64,000 bases of DNA from Trichodelitschia bisporula (taxonomy: Eukaryota): contig ML996696.1 in NCBI GenBank assembly GCA_010356995.1, positions 932,364 to 996,363 on the forward strand. Reading direction: 5' to 3'. The notes beneath the pieces are model-generated. The model saw only the letters and a program-made list of their open reading frames with translations, had not been told where the DNA came from and made no database searches. Made by a program: the position numbers and the translations under genes. This document shows, one piece after another, positions 23,746 to 35,013 of this stretch (its first letter is position 1; each line of letters opens with the position of its first letter).

Positions 23746-25735
23746 CTACCAGTTATCCTCCTCCTCATCCACCATCACAATCGGTCCTTCCGGCGTGCTA
23801 TCCACTCCAGTCCGATCCTCCAACTCCTTGGCGAGCGCTACGCCCTCCCGCCGGCCCCGATCAACGTCTACCAAAAGCATGAGCGGGAACGGCAGCGCAA
23901 TCAGCACGGCAAGAAACCAAAACGCCGGCCGGATTTCCCCCGTAGCGTCGGTGATGGCACCAACAATAGCAGGCCCAAACACACTCGACCCCTTGTCCGT
24001 GATCGCATACAGAGCATAAAACGCCGCCTCGAAGCCCGGCGGAATGAGCTCGCCAAACAGCGAGCGACAAAACGACGACAACCCACCCATGACGAAGCCG
24101 TAAATCGCGCCGAGGGGATACATCTCCCACGGCTGCTGCAGTCCAAAAACGCCCAGCCGCCGTATCGCCGGCACGTAGCCGAGCAGCCCATATATCGGGA
24201 TGACTTCAAACAAACAGATGCACGCCAAAATCGTCTGACTCGGCTTCAGCCCCATCATCGCCGACAACTTGCTCCACGAAAACGCGCCCACGATGCCCGA
24301 GAGCGTCGCCGTCACCGTGATCATCGCCAGTGCCGCAGGCTGCATCTCGAGCGACGTCTTGGCGAAGAGGATCGCCGTCCCGCTGACCGTGGCAATGGCA
24401 TCGGAGAGCAGGAACCAGGCCCCGAGAAACAGCAAGCAGTCCTTGAGCCGACGTGCATGCATAGCCGACCGCCCGAGCGACCCCCACGAGAACTTAAAGT
24501 ACGCCCATCCCCACGCCAACCGGCCCTGAGTGGGATCGAGGTGCAGCGGGGGTCCGGGGCGCGCACGGAGCCAGAAGCCGGCGGGGACGGTGAAGACGAG
24601 CCACCAGGCACCGATCATGAAGAGAACGAGGCGCAGCGAGAAGAGCGTCGAGTCCATGAGGCGGACGGTGGCGATGGCTGAGATTTGCAGGATGAGGGCG
24701 CCGATGTAGCTGATTCCCATGCCGTAGGATGATATTCCTGTGGAGAGGCGCAGCTCGTCGGATGTGAGCGTCTCCGGGATGATGGACGGCTTGCGGCTCC
24801 CGGGGAGCAGGGCCGTTGTGGCATCGGCGATGATGTCACTATCCGCCGCGAACGCACCATCGTATTCCTGCTCCTCCCAGTCTGCTTTCTCCAGGATGGT
24901 CGGGTGGTGGCGGACGAGGAGCGGTAGGAAGGAGTTGAGAAGCACAAATGAGGCGCCAAAGCAGGTATTTGCGACAATAGCGAGCAGAGCGCCGAGTAGA
25001 ATAAGCTGCGGTCCTATGGGCAGAAACAGCATCATGGCAACAGCACCGGTAAAGGCAAATGTCAGCAACAGCGTCTTGCGGTGGGCGCCATGATCCGCCA
25101 CGCCAGACATGGATATTATAAGCAGCGCCTGGACCAGCACGCTGAGGGAGAAGGTGTACATGGCGAAGCTGGCCGTGTTGATCTCCATGCCCAATACGTC
25201 GACGACGCACTGTACGGCATCGGACGGCGGAGGCTTGTTGAAGACGTATGGGTCGGAGACCTCGAGGCCGGACTTGCATGGCGTCGAGTGGTCGGACTGG
25301 AGGACGCCGCGTTCGCGGGCGAGCTGCTCGAGCGTAATGGGGATGAAGGAGCCTGTCAGTTAGCTTTAGCTGGAGAGCATCCGCGTCCAACATCTCGTAC
25401 CCATGCCACAAACCACAAACACCTGGGCAAGTTAGCTATTGCACTGTAGCAGCAAGCTCGCCTGCGCAAACGCGTACCTCAGCGGCCCAGCCATACATGT
25501 AGAAGCCGCGCAGCTCGGCCTGACTCGTGGGGCGTGTGTCCTCGCCATCGTAGTGAGGCGTGGCAGTCTCGTCGACCTCGCCGGCAGGATCTAACGGCAT
25601 TATAGAAGAAGTCGAAGGCGTCCGCTCATCGTCGGCCTCGTTGGAGTGCGAGAAAGAAACGTCGGAATGTTTGGAGGCAGCAGACGGATCTCGCGGTCTC
25701 GGCCCTGGAGTAAGCGATGCGGGCCGGGGGGGCAT
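23746..25735 (-). CDS. ATG22: Autophagy-related vacuolar amino-acid effluxer Atg22 (MFS); introns 25477-25423 and 25400-25353 flank a 22-nt micro-exon
   Basis: [62 protein letters not shown] and [17 protein letters not shown]. Confidence 0.93.
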
Positions 25736-26175
25736 TTGGAACGAGCAGCGATTGGCTGCGGAGAGGGGGGAGAAGCTCAGACAAGCATGGGGACGATGTT
25801 TGCTTTGCTGGACAGCTGAAGCGAGCGACGAGATGACGAAGAGGCGTAGAAAGCAGAGGAGATAGCAACGGATGTTAGTTTCGCAGAGCAGCAGCACTAA
25901 CAGCAGCTCGGGTGGCCATGGCCTCGAGTGATCGTCTTTTGGACCATGTGCAGACACAACGCGGGCGCTTGATTGGCTGTGGGTGCACTGCAGGCGTGGC
26001 CGACTTGGTCTTGAGGTTCGAACAGGCGCTTCTTGGGGCACTGGGGGGGTTTGGTGGGGCGTGAGACGGATGGGGGGGGATTATCAGAAGCTTGTAATTG
26101 CTATGTAAGTATCTGTGATGTCCATCGGGGGATGAGCGACATGTACATCCGTAGAGAGTCGAAATGGTGGTGAGA

Positions 26176-26249
26176 AAAGAGAGGGAGAGAGAGAGAGAGG
26201 GAGAGAGAGAGAGAGGGAGAGAGAGAGAGAGGGAGAGAGAGAGAGAGAG
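26176..26249. repeat. (GA)n microsatellite with G interruptions
   Basis: gagagggagagagagagagagggagagagaga... Confidence 0.9.
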
Positions 26250-26885
26250 CGATAGAAGATGTAACAAGCACAAGGGGAGCAAAGACAAACAAATGAAGTA
26301 TCTTTGTCCGTGCGCTCCATCTCTTTCCTCTGTTCCCACCATCTATAGCGAATCTGATGATGATTTCATAAGTACCGAAGTATTTAGCGACAAGTGACGA
26401 GGAGAAGACGGGCGCAAACGAAGATTAAATTGCTGGGACCCTATCGTCGCCTGCACTTGGCGGATCTCCATCGGAGTGCGAAGAGTAGTTCGAAAGCGAG
26501 AAGAGCGAGTGAGATTCGGGATAGAGGCTTGCCAGACGCTGTGGGGTGCGGCTAGCTATCCTCAACTGTTGAAGCAATCAAAGAAAAAAATTCATGTCGA
26601 TTCTTTTAGGTCCTACTCCTTGCTACTCCTTGCCAGCTTCGCAAGTGTCATCGACGGTTGTCTGCAGTGTGAAATTCTCTGGGGAGGAAAAGACGGGACG
26701 CTACGAAGCTGGGCATCCTCCATAGTCAGTAGTCAGTTGTCATGACAGATGTCAAAAGGTCAACGAGATAAAACACCGCGAACAGACGAAAAGACGACGA
26801 CAGAGAAGACGAAGAGGAGGAGACAAGTCTAGATGCGCAAGACGTGCCAGACACATCAGACCAAAGGGTCTTTTGCAACAAACAT

Positions 26886-27067
26886 CCCCCCCCTTCCCCT
26901 CCTCCCTCTCTCTCTCTCTTCCTCCCTCTCTCTCTCTCTTCCTCCCTCTCTCACTCACCCTCTTCACTCTCCTCCCCCAAGCAACTCACCACCCACACAT
27001 CTCCCCTCTACCCACACCTCTCCCTCCACCCACACATCTCCCTCCACCCACACATCTCCCTCCACCC

Positions 27068-27121
<54 letters not shown>
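26886..27121. repeat. Pyrimidine-rich block: (CT)n, about 3.5 copies of an 18-bp unit CTCCCTCCACCCACACAT, and a ~53-nt poly-C
   Basis: Seen directly upstream of MED14. Confidence 0.85.
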
Positions 27122-27123
<2 letters not shown>

Positions 27124-27747
27124 CGAATGCCCAGACCTGCCTCAATCTCAAACTCACCACCACCTGCTCTCTCTCTCTTCCTTCAACACATGCGCAACAC
27201 ACATTTCACCACCCAACAGCCACACTGCGCGCACTCCTACCGCCGTCACCACTGTCGCGCTTGTCATCGCCACGACCTTCTCTTGAAATCTGCGTCACCT
27301 TTCTCTTCGCGCGACCTTCGCGTGGCTCGTGGCCGCCCACCCGCCCACTGACGTCCTCCCGTCATCTCTCGCTCGGCAAGCAGAACAGCACGCCGACTCC
27401 CCTCGTTCAACCGCCTGCCGAACTTTTTGCGTCTACACACACGCACACTTCCCACGCCTCGTCCTTGCACACTGTTTTCATCAGCCTGAATATTTGGTCC
27501 GCCGTGATACGTGCCGTCACCCTCTCCGCTCCTTTCTTCCGGTAGCCGTCGCCCATTGTCCGTCGAATCCCGGAAGCACCAGTCGCGCCGAGAAAAAGTC
27601 TCCCACCATACTCACGCAACCCGACCTGCGCTTGCACTTCCAAACACCCTGCGCACACCTAGGTCCACGCCGCCGGGACACGTTAACGTGTTGGACGGCT
27701 CCCGGGCGTCAAAGGGAGGAGGGGACGACGGAGGCGGAGTTGAGAGT

Positions 27748-30700
27748 ATGCCCGGACGCCTCATAATGGAACAGAATGGCGCGGATGGCGCTGGGGGTGT
27801 GCTTAATGGGAAACACCACGCGCCGGATCTCAAAGGCATCTACACCAACGGCGACACCAAGTACGATGGCTCCAACGACTCGCGCTACTACCCAACCCCG
27901 AACGGCGGTGGCTCCGGCCCGCACAGCGCCGCGCTGCTCGAGCCTCCTCCTGAGATTCCACACATCACCGAGAACTACCAGCATCTCGGCAAACTCATCG
28001 CGCGTGTGGCGCAGGAGTGCTTCAACGACTTGCACGATGTGATTGAGAAGTTGTCGGAGATTCCGCTACAACCCATGGCGAACGGCGTCGGACACGGAGC
28101 GGTCAACGGGGTGGGCAATGCGTCCCATACAAATGTGCTGAAAAAGACGATGCTCATGGACTTTGCGAACCGGCAACGCGAAAAGTTCATCAAGCTGCTT
28201 GTACTGTCGCAGTGGAGCCAGCAGGCGAAGGACATCAGCCAACTCATCGACCTTAATGCGTGGTGCGCGACGCAGCTTCAGCACTTCAACGAGTGCATGG
28301 ACCGGCTGGGACAGCTTAAAATCGACCTCCACACGTTCAAACTGCCAGGGCCGGACATCAAGACTGCACTTGAAGTGCTGTCGACAGGGACCGCCTCGTG
28401 GATGCCCAGCGTATGTTTGGCCCTCTTTATATGCCTTGCTAACGGTTTCAGCTCAACTACACACCTCCTCCGCCTTTAACCCCGCAGAAGATGCTTAAGA
28501 CGTTGAAAGAGCTCAATGTCCTGCTCCATCTGCGGCTAAACCTCTACGAGGACCTCCCAATATGTCTCCGGACGGCCTACACTATCGCCTCTGGACGCGC
28601 CACCTTCTCCCTCCCCGGCGAGTTCGAACTGGACGTCTCCATCTTCGACGAGAGCCCGGACGCTCAGTTTTTCTTCATTGACCTGCGGTTCCTGTTCTCC
28701 CCGGCGCCCGAGCTGTCCGACGGTCCCCTACGCGAGGTTATCGAGGGTAGGGTCAACGGCATCCTGGCGACCAAGGGGTTGCACGGGGCGTGCGACTTTC
28801 TCCACGATTTCGCCCTTACCCACAAAGTCGCTGAGCTGCGCAGCCAGGCGCAGGCCCTGGCGGAGCGCGAGTACGCTGGCGCCATCTCCGTGCACGACGT
28901 CCACCGAGAACTCGTTGTTCAATACTGGACGAACTCTCCGCGGGGACTCAGTTGGATCGAAATCGGCGTATCCAGTGGCAAGTCGTCAGATCCCAGGCGA
29001 CGGGCCGAACAGGAGAAAGAGAAGGAAATTACGTCACATGTCCACATCCGGTGGACGCGAGATGGCCAGGAGACGCCCCACAAGGTCCCGGTCGACCTCG
29101 TAGACCTCGACATGGAGCGTATAATAAAGTCGTTCTGCTCAGCCCATTCACACACGCTCCTCGACGAGATGAACCAGTCGATAGGTGGCCACGTCGGAGA
29201 AAAGTCTGCCATCACAGGTGCCTTGAAGTCATCAGAATACGAACCACAAGACAACCAACTTCGACTGCAGTTTGGGAGCTACCCTCCGGTTGCCGTTTTC
29301 CTCGAACCTTTTACCGGACGGATTGCCATGTCACCGGGTTCGTCCGTCGTTGCACGCCTCGTCAAGGATCTCAACGCGAACAAAACGAACTGGAAGGAGG
29401 CGCATCTACGGCTTCCGCGGGCGTTGTGCTTCCTGGCCCAGCAGGGCCTCGAGCGGCAAGCGGAGCGCGTTGGATGGAAAACTGTCCGGAACCTAGGGCT
29501 CACACCCGAGAAGTCGAAGAATGCGTTTGGCGACTATTATACATGCTTCTTCCGATTTCCCGACACCCCCGACGCGAACTGGCTCATCGGAGACACCGTC
29601 AGCCCTCAGGGCGTGGAGTGGCGGGCTGTCAAACTGTGGGGTTCCTCTCTCGTAACTAGTTGCCAAAAGCTAACTTTCTTAAGTGCGAATCGCGATGGGG
29701 TGCTGTCTCCCGAAACCTATCATCCGCTACCCCTGAGCGGGATGTTCCAGGACTTTGACCCAAGCCGACCCGCCGACCAGGATGCTCTCCAGACCGTAAA
29801 GCTGTGTTCCGCACGCTGGATATTATACCATCAGCTGACACAGGACTTACATCAGTCAGGAGTGAAGTGCGCACTGCGCTTCATGCCTGTATGCGAGCCC
29901 GTCCCGGGAAATCCCACACCACCCGACACGATTCCTGTAATCGCCTTCGGGGCCTCAACTCTACTGGGAAGCCCCACCAAACCGCCCTCCCCATCCATCG
30001 CAGACATGCTCATGCTCACCTTCGCCGGCCAGGACATGGAGGTCGGAAGCATCAAGGTCGCAGTCCGCGGCGCCCTCCCCTCCCCCGACAAACTCGGCGC
30101 GCTCCTCGAAATCCACGACTCTGCACTCGCCCTCGACCCCAAAGGCGCCTTCCAAATCACCCTCCGCACCCCCTTCGGCACTTCCCCCCTCGCCCCCCTG
30201 GTGCAGCACATCCAATCCCTCCTCCGCCTGCGCCTCCTCGTCGACGTGCTCAAGCAGCACGACCTCGAGCCCACCTCCCTCTCCCTCACCCACCTGACCT
30301 TCACCTACTCTACCTCCCTCACAGCAACACTCCATCTCCCCCCCTCGGGCCCTATATCCCTCTCCCTCCCCCCTTCAAATCCACACAGCCGCATCCGGCA
30401 CCTCCTCTCATGCTACCTCAACGAACCCGACGGCGGCCCCCGCTTCGCCCGCGCCCTGCTCGTCTCCCTCCCCCTCGTCCGCGCTCTAGACAAAATCTCC
30501 ACCCGGCGCCTTGCCCCCGAAATCCACGTCCGCAGCATCGACGTGTACCGCATTATATACCCCGCGCTCGCCTTTGGGGTTAGCATCCAGGCGCGCCGCA
30601 GCAGGGATGATGTTAGTTGGGTGATTGCGGAGAGTCCTGGGGCTAGGGGGGAGAGGGGCGCGTTTGGGCGCGCGCTGGAGGGGCATTTTAGGGATGTTGG

Positions 30701-30851
30701 GGAGGGGTGGAGGGGGGTGGATAGTGTGGTGCTTGCGACGGAACGCGGGGTGGAGAGGGCGGTGGTGGATTTGGATAGGCTTGTGAGCAGGTTTTCGGGG
30801 GACGAGGTGAAGGGGGAGGAGGTTGGGCGGGAGGTTATTACGCTGGATTGA
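27748..30851 (+). CDS. MED14: Mediator subunit Med14 (Rgr1); intron 28411-28451 and probable in-frame intron 29636-29683
   Basis: LEPPPEIPHITENYQHLGKLIARVAQEC, REKFIKLLVLSQWS, KLPGPDIKTALEVLSTG, IASGRATFSLPGEFELDVS and FFFIDLRFLF match the Med14 N-terminal domain. Confidence 0.92.
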
Positions 30852-31712
30852 GGGTGATGGTGTGTGGTATGGGGGTGGGGTGGGGTGGGGTTCGTTCTTT
30901 GACACGTTTATTACTAGGCTGCAGTCCTTGCTTGGGTTCCGGGGTTCGGTGTGTCGGCGTGCTGGGGTGTTTACGTGGGGCTTGTGGGCCCCTTGGGCGG
31001 CGTGGCGCTGGTGAACTTGATTACCTAGGAGGGCGGTGGTGTTTTTACCTGTTGTTGATGTATTTTGAGAGGGAGTGGGAGGCGCGGATTACCCTGTATT
31101 GTCTGTGGGGATACCGTAAGGCGGCTGAGGGCGGAGGGGGTGTTGCCTGCTTTGCCTGCCTCGTGAAGAGGGTGGAGGGCGTTAAAAGATAATGTGGCTA
31201 GTTGATGGGGATGGGGAGAGGGGGGTGTACGTTAGATGAATGAGGTGTGGAGATGCTCCTTCTGATGTGGTGATGTTGAGTGAATGAAGTGATTATACGC
31301 AATACCCGACCAAATCTGTCACTTACCCGATTCGGAATGTTGAGTTTCGAAACTGCGATATCACGTGTCCGCTTACCCGCCCATCCCAGGGGGAAGTCAC
31401 CGTTTCAGCCTCATCTCGGGCGCTGTGACGCGCAGTGCGTCGCTATGTTTGGGCATCTCGCAGGGGGGGGCGCTTATGTTAGTATGGCCTGAGAGCCACG
31501 AGGGACGCAGAGCGCAGATGTGAAGATCTCGTTACTATCCGAAGTGTGCCCAGTGGGCTGTATGTGGTGTACACCCTTTCCACCTTCACCTGCAGCTCCA
31601 ACAACAAAGACCGGCCGAATCAATCGGCCACATCTCGCGCGAGCTCACCCCTCCATGGTATATTCTCATCCACCCACACCCCCCCCGCCCCCACCCCTCC
31701 CCAACACAACAT

Positions 31713-33590
31713 CTAAAAATTCTCCTTCCCATAAACAAAATTGAACCCGGGCCCGCTGTACTGATTACACTTAACATGCAGTACACTCCCGAGCTGCTTC
31801 GGCCCGCAAAAAAACACCCCGGCTTCAGCGGGGGCATGTATCTTCCGGATGCTCTTGAAGATCATGTCCCAGTTTGGACGACCGAAGTTGGTTGGGGACC
31901 GCAGGCCGGTGATGGCGTCTTGGTCGGCGTTGGCGTCGTGGATCATGATGTTGGTTGCGTCGTCGGGTTTCAGTTTGCCGGTTAGGTACTGCTTTGATTA
32001 GCCTGCGTTTAAAAGAGGGAAGGTGGGGGAACCCACGGTGTGGATTTCAATCGCGTGGTCCACATCCTGCGCCTCGATGGCGAGTAGGAGAGAGCGGAAC
32101 CACTCGAAGAATCCAAAATCGCGACACACCCAGAAAAAGTAAACCTTGCGGAGGCGCGTCTTGCGCGACGGATAATTCATCCGGTACCAGATACTCTTGA
32201 GAATGCTCGCGAACGGCGTCGCACCGATACCCCCGCCCACCAGCACTGCGACTTCGAACTTGAACACGTCTTCGGAGGCCGACCCAAACGGGCCATCGAC
32301 GTACACGCGCGGGAGCACGCGGCGCAGGCTCGGGTCCACGCCCGTCGTGTCCTGCGCTGCGGATTTAACGACCGCGGCATCCGCCCCGCCGGGCTTGCGA
32401 TCGAATTCGCACCCCAGCGCCGTGGCGAATTTCCGCGTAAAGTCGCCGACCACGCGCATGTGTACGCTGATATAATCCTCCTCCGGCGCGCTGGTGAGCG
32501 TAAACGGATGGTATTGCCACAAGCTCACCTCGGGGCAATTCAAGAACACATATTGACCCGCCTTGGTCTGCGTCCTGTCCTTCTTAATCTGGATTTCGCA
32601 CACGTTGCCGGGGTGCTGGATGACCTTGGACACGGTGGTGGTGTGGCGGCCGCGGGCCTCACGGGCGAGCCGTTCGAATAGGTAAGCGAGGCCGCCGATC
32701 AGCCAGTATTGGTAGAAGACGCCGACGCCGTTGCAGTAGGGCGCGCGGTCGTTCTTTATCATGCAGAATTCGCCGTGGAGGGACCAGAAGAGGAAGAAGA
32801 TTATGAAGAGGTGGTGGGTGTACCAGAAGCGTTCGTAGTTCGCTCTGCGCGGCTTCTCCACTGAAGTAAACACCATGGCCATCAGTGCGGTGAGCATGAT
32901 GTAGCCTGACCACCCCGGGCCCGTAGCGAGGTTTGCGACGAGGAAACCGACGAACCCGAGGTGTTCTTTGGCGGCGAGTTGCGCGTAGTTGTTCCAGTGC
33001 GCGACGGTGTGCACCCAGCTGAAGAACACAATGGACCAGGCGACGAGCTTGTGGAAGGTTATGTTCTTGTCTAGCTGGATTACGCCGTTGAGGGGTGTTT
33101 GCCGGGCGAGGCTGATGAGGGTTCTGCAGACGGGGAGGAGGATGAGCGCGACGTCGACGTGCAGTGTTAGGGCGGAGGCGCGGGCTATGGGGTAGGAGAG
33201 GCCGAAGATTGAGCGTGCGCCGGTGAGGTTGTCCTGCGTGGGTTAGTATGGGGGGAGTGAGAGGGGGGTAGGGCGGACCTTGAGATAGTAGTTCATGAAC
33301 CCGAAGCCCCAGACCATGGCGTGGAGGAGGATGAAGACGCCGACGAATCTGGCACGATTAGCTCAGGCTCTTCCGCCCGGAATCGCGACGTACAGTCTCC
33401 GGTAACCCTCATTGATCATCCAGACGTCGAACCGCTCCTTCATTGTCATTTCGCGCGGCGGTGTTGCGTCCACTTCGCCGGCCATGAGCATGCGCGTTAA
33501 TGGCGGCCAGCGGGAGCGTTCGCGGCCGCTGAGCGTGCTCTTGAGGGAGTCGCTGCGGTCGAGGCCCTTTTCGAACATTTCCTTGTCCAT
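31713..33590 (-). CDS. noxB: NADPH oxidase, fungal NoxB/Nox2 type; introns 33393-33349, 33278-33234, 32036-31989
   Basis: The N-terminal extension ERSRWPPLTRMLM is typical of NoxB. Heme His motifs FHKLVAW, VHTVAH and YTHHLF; FAD motif HPFTLTSAP; NADPH motif GGGIGATPF; C-terminal GKENF. Confidence 0.92.
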
Positions 33591-34172
33591 CGTTGGTATA
33601 TACACTCGCACTGCGAGGCCGCGTTGCGGGAGAGCGGGGAAAAACAGGCGATCTAGTTCTACGCTGGTACTCCAAAGGATGCGGTGAAATCGCGGTCAGC
33701 CGGCTGAAGGCGAGGTGTGCTAGATGGCGCAACGGAGCATAGTATGCTGCTGATCGTGAGGAGAAGCGAATGGGGGGTTGTGCCAGCACTTTGGGGTGAG
33801 GGTCGTGAGAAAGGAGGGAGGGAGAGATGGTTGAGGGAGTCTCACGATGAGAGGGAGGAAGGAAGGGGGAGAGACAACCCGGGCTAAAGAAAACCAGACA
33901 CACGTAATGCAGCGGCGGCAAAAAGCAGAGACGAGGCCAAACAATCAGACACACGCCCACTCCGCGGTTAAGAACCGCATCTCCCACATGAAAAACGCCC
34001 CTTTACCTCCCCCCCCGCCCCATCACTACCACAACCAAACCCGCGTAGAGTAGCCTCCCACATGCCCACGCATAACCCCACCCCTTCCCACTCACCAAAG
34101 CACGCATCAAACAGCGCTCTCTCTCGCCAAACATCCTCGCTCCCTCTCACCTCCAACTCCACCCTCCCCAAC

Positions 34173-34231
34173 GGCCAGCGATTGGCGCCCCCCTCCAATC
34201 GCCCCCCCCTCGTCGCCGGGCCAGCGATTGG
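34173..34231. promoter_or_regulatory. Triplet of CCAAT boxes, two in an identical 13-bp context GGCCAGCGATTGG, upstream of noxB
   Basis: GGCCAGCGATTGG at 34173-34185 and 34219-34231, with CCAATCGC at 34195 in the opposite orientation. Confidence 0.45.
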
Positions 34232-35013
34232 GCCTCGCGCGCCCGGCCCGCAGCGCACCGTCTCAGTAGCGTCGCAGGTCCGGGGCGCGCCTCGTGCGGC
34301 TTGGCGCGTGCCCCTGCGCCGGGGCGAGGGCCCAGCCGGGGGGGCAGCGCCTATCAATGGGCCGCGGATGGAAGATGGTGCTGCGGTCATCAAGGAGTCG
34401 CCGATGCAAATTCTGATAGAAGACCCACTGAAGAAAGAAAGACATATGGAAGACGATAGATCATAAGCGACATGCACAGTGCAAGACACACAAGATCCCA
34501 AGACAAGTGTTCACCCCCCATCCCCCCCGGCTCCCCCACAGTAAACACCACACGTCCCGAGTCCCGCCCCCCTCCCCTTCCCGCGGGCCAGGCCCCATCC
34601 GATCCGTGCGGCCGGCCCCGGGGCCACGGCTAGGCACACAAAAGCGGGAGATCCACCCGCGCGCGGCTCCGCTTCGCGCTACTAGGATCTGAAACTCGAC
34701 GTCCGGCGCCATCTTACTACTAAGCAAGAACACGGGAATGGACACGATGAGACTATGAGGATTAAGCTTGATCAGCGCTGTTCGGTCAGAGACAAGATTT
34801 TTTAGTTATTGTAGATGCCGATGCGGTGGTCTAGAACTAGATGGCGGGCGGCTAGCCCCGTCGCAGCGACTCCTGAGACTACTTAGCACAATCGCACACC
34901 CTACATGGTCCATATCACTTCACGCGTTCCGTCCCACGCTAAGCCGCATACATGTCCACCCTTCATCTCCACGCCAAACGCTCATAAGATACCCGTGCCG
35001 AGCCCAGATACGC

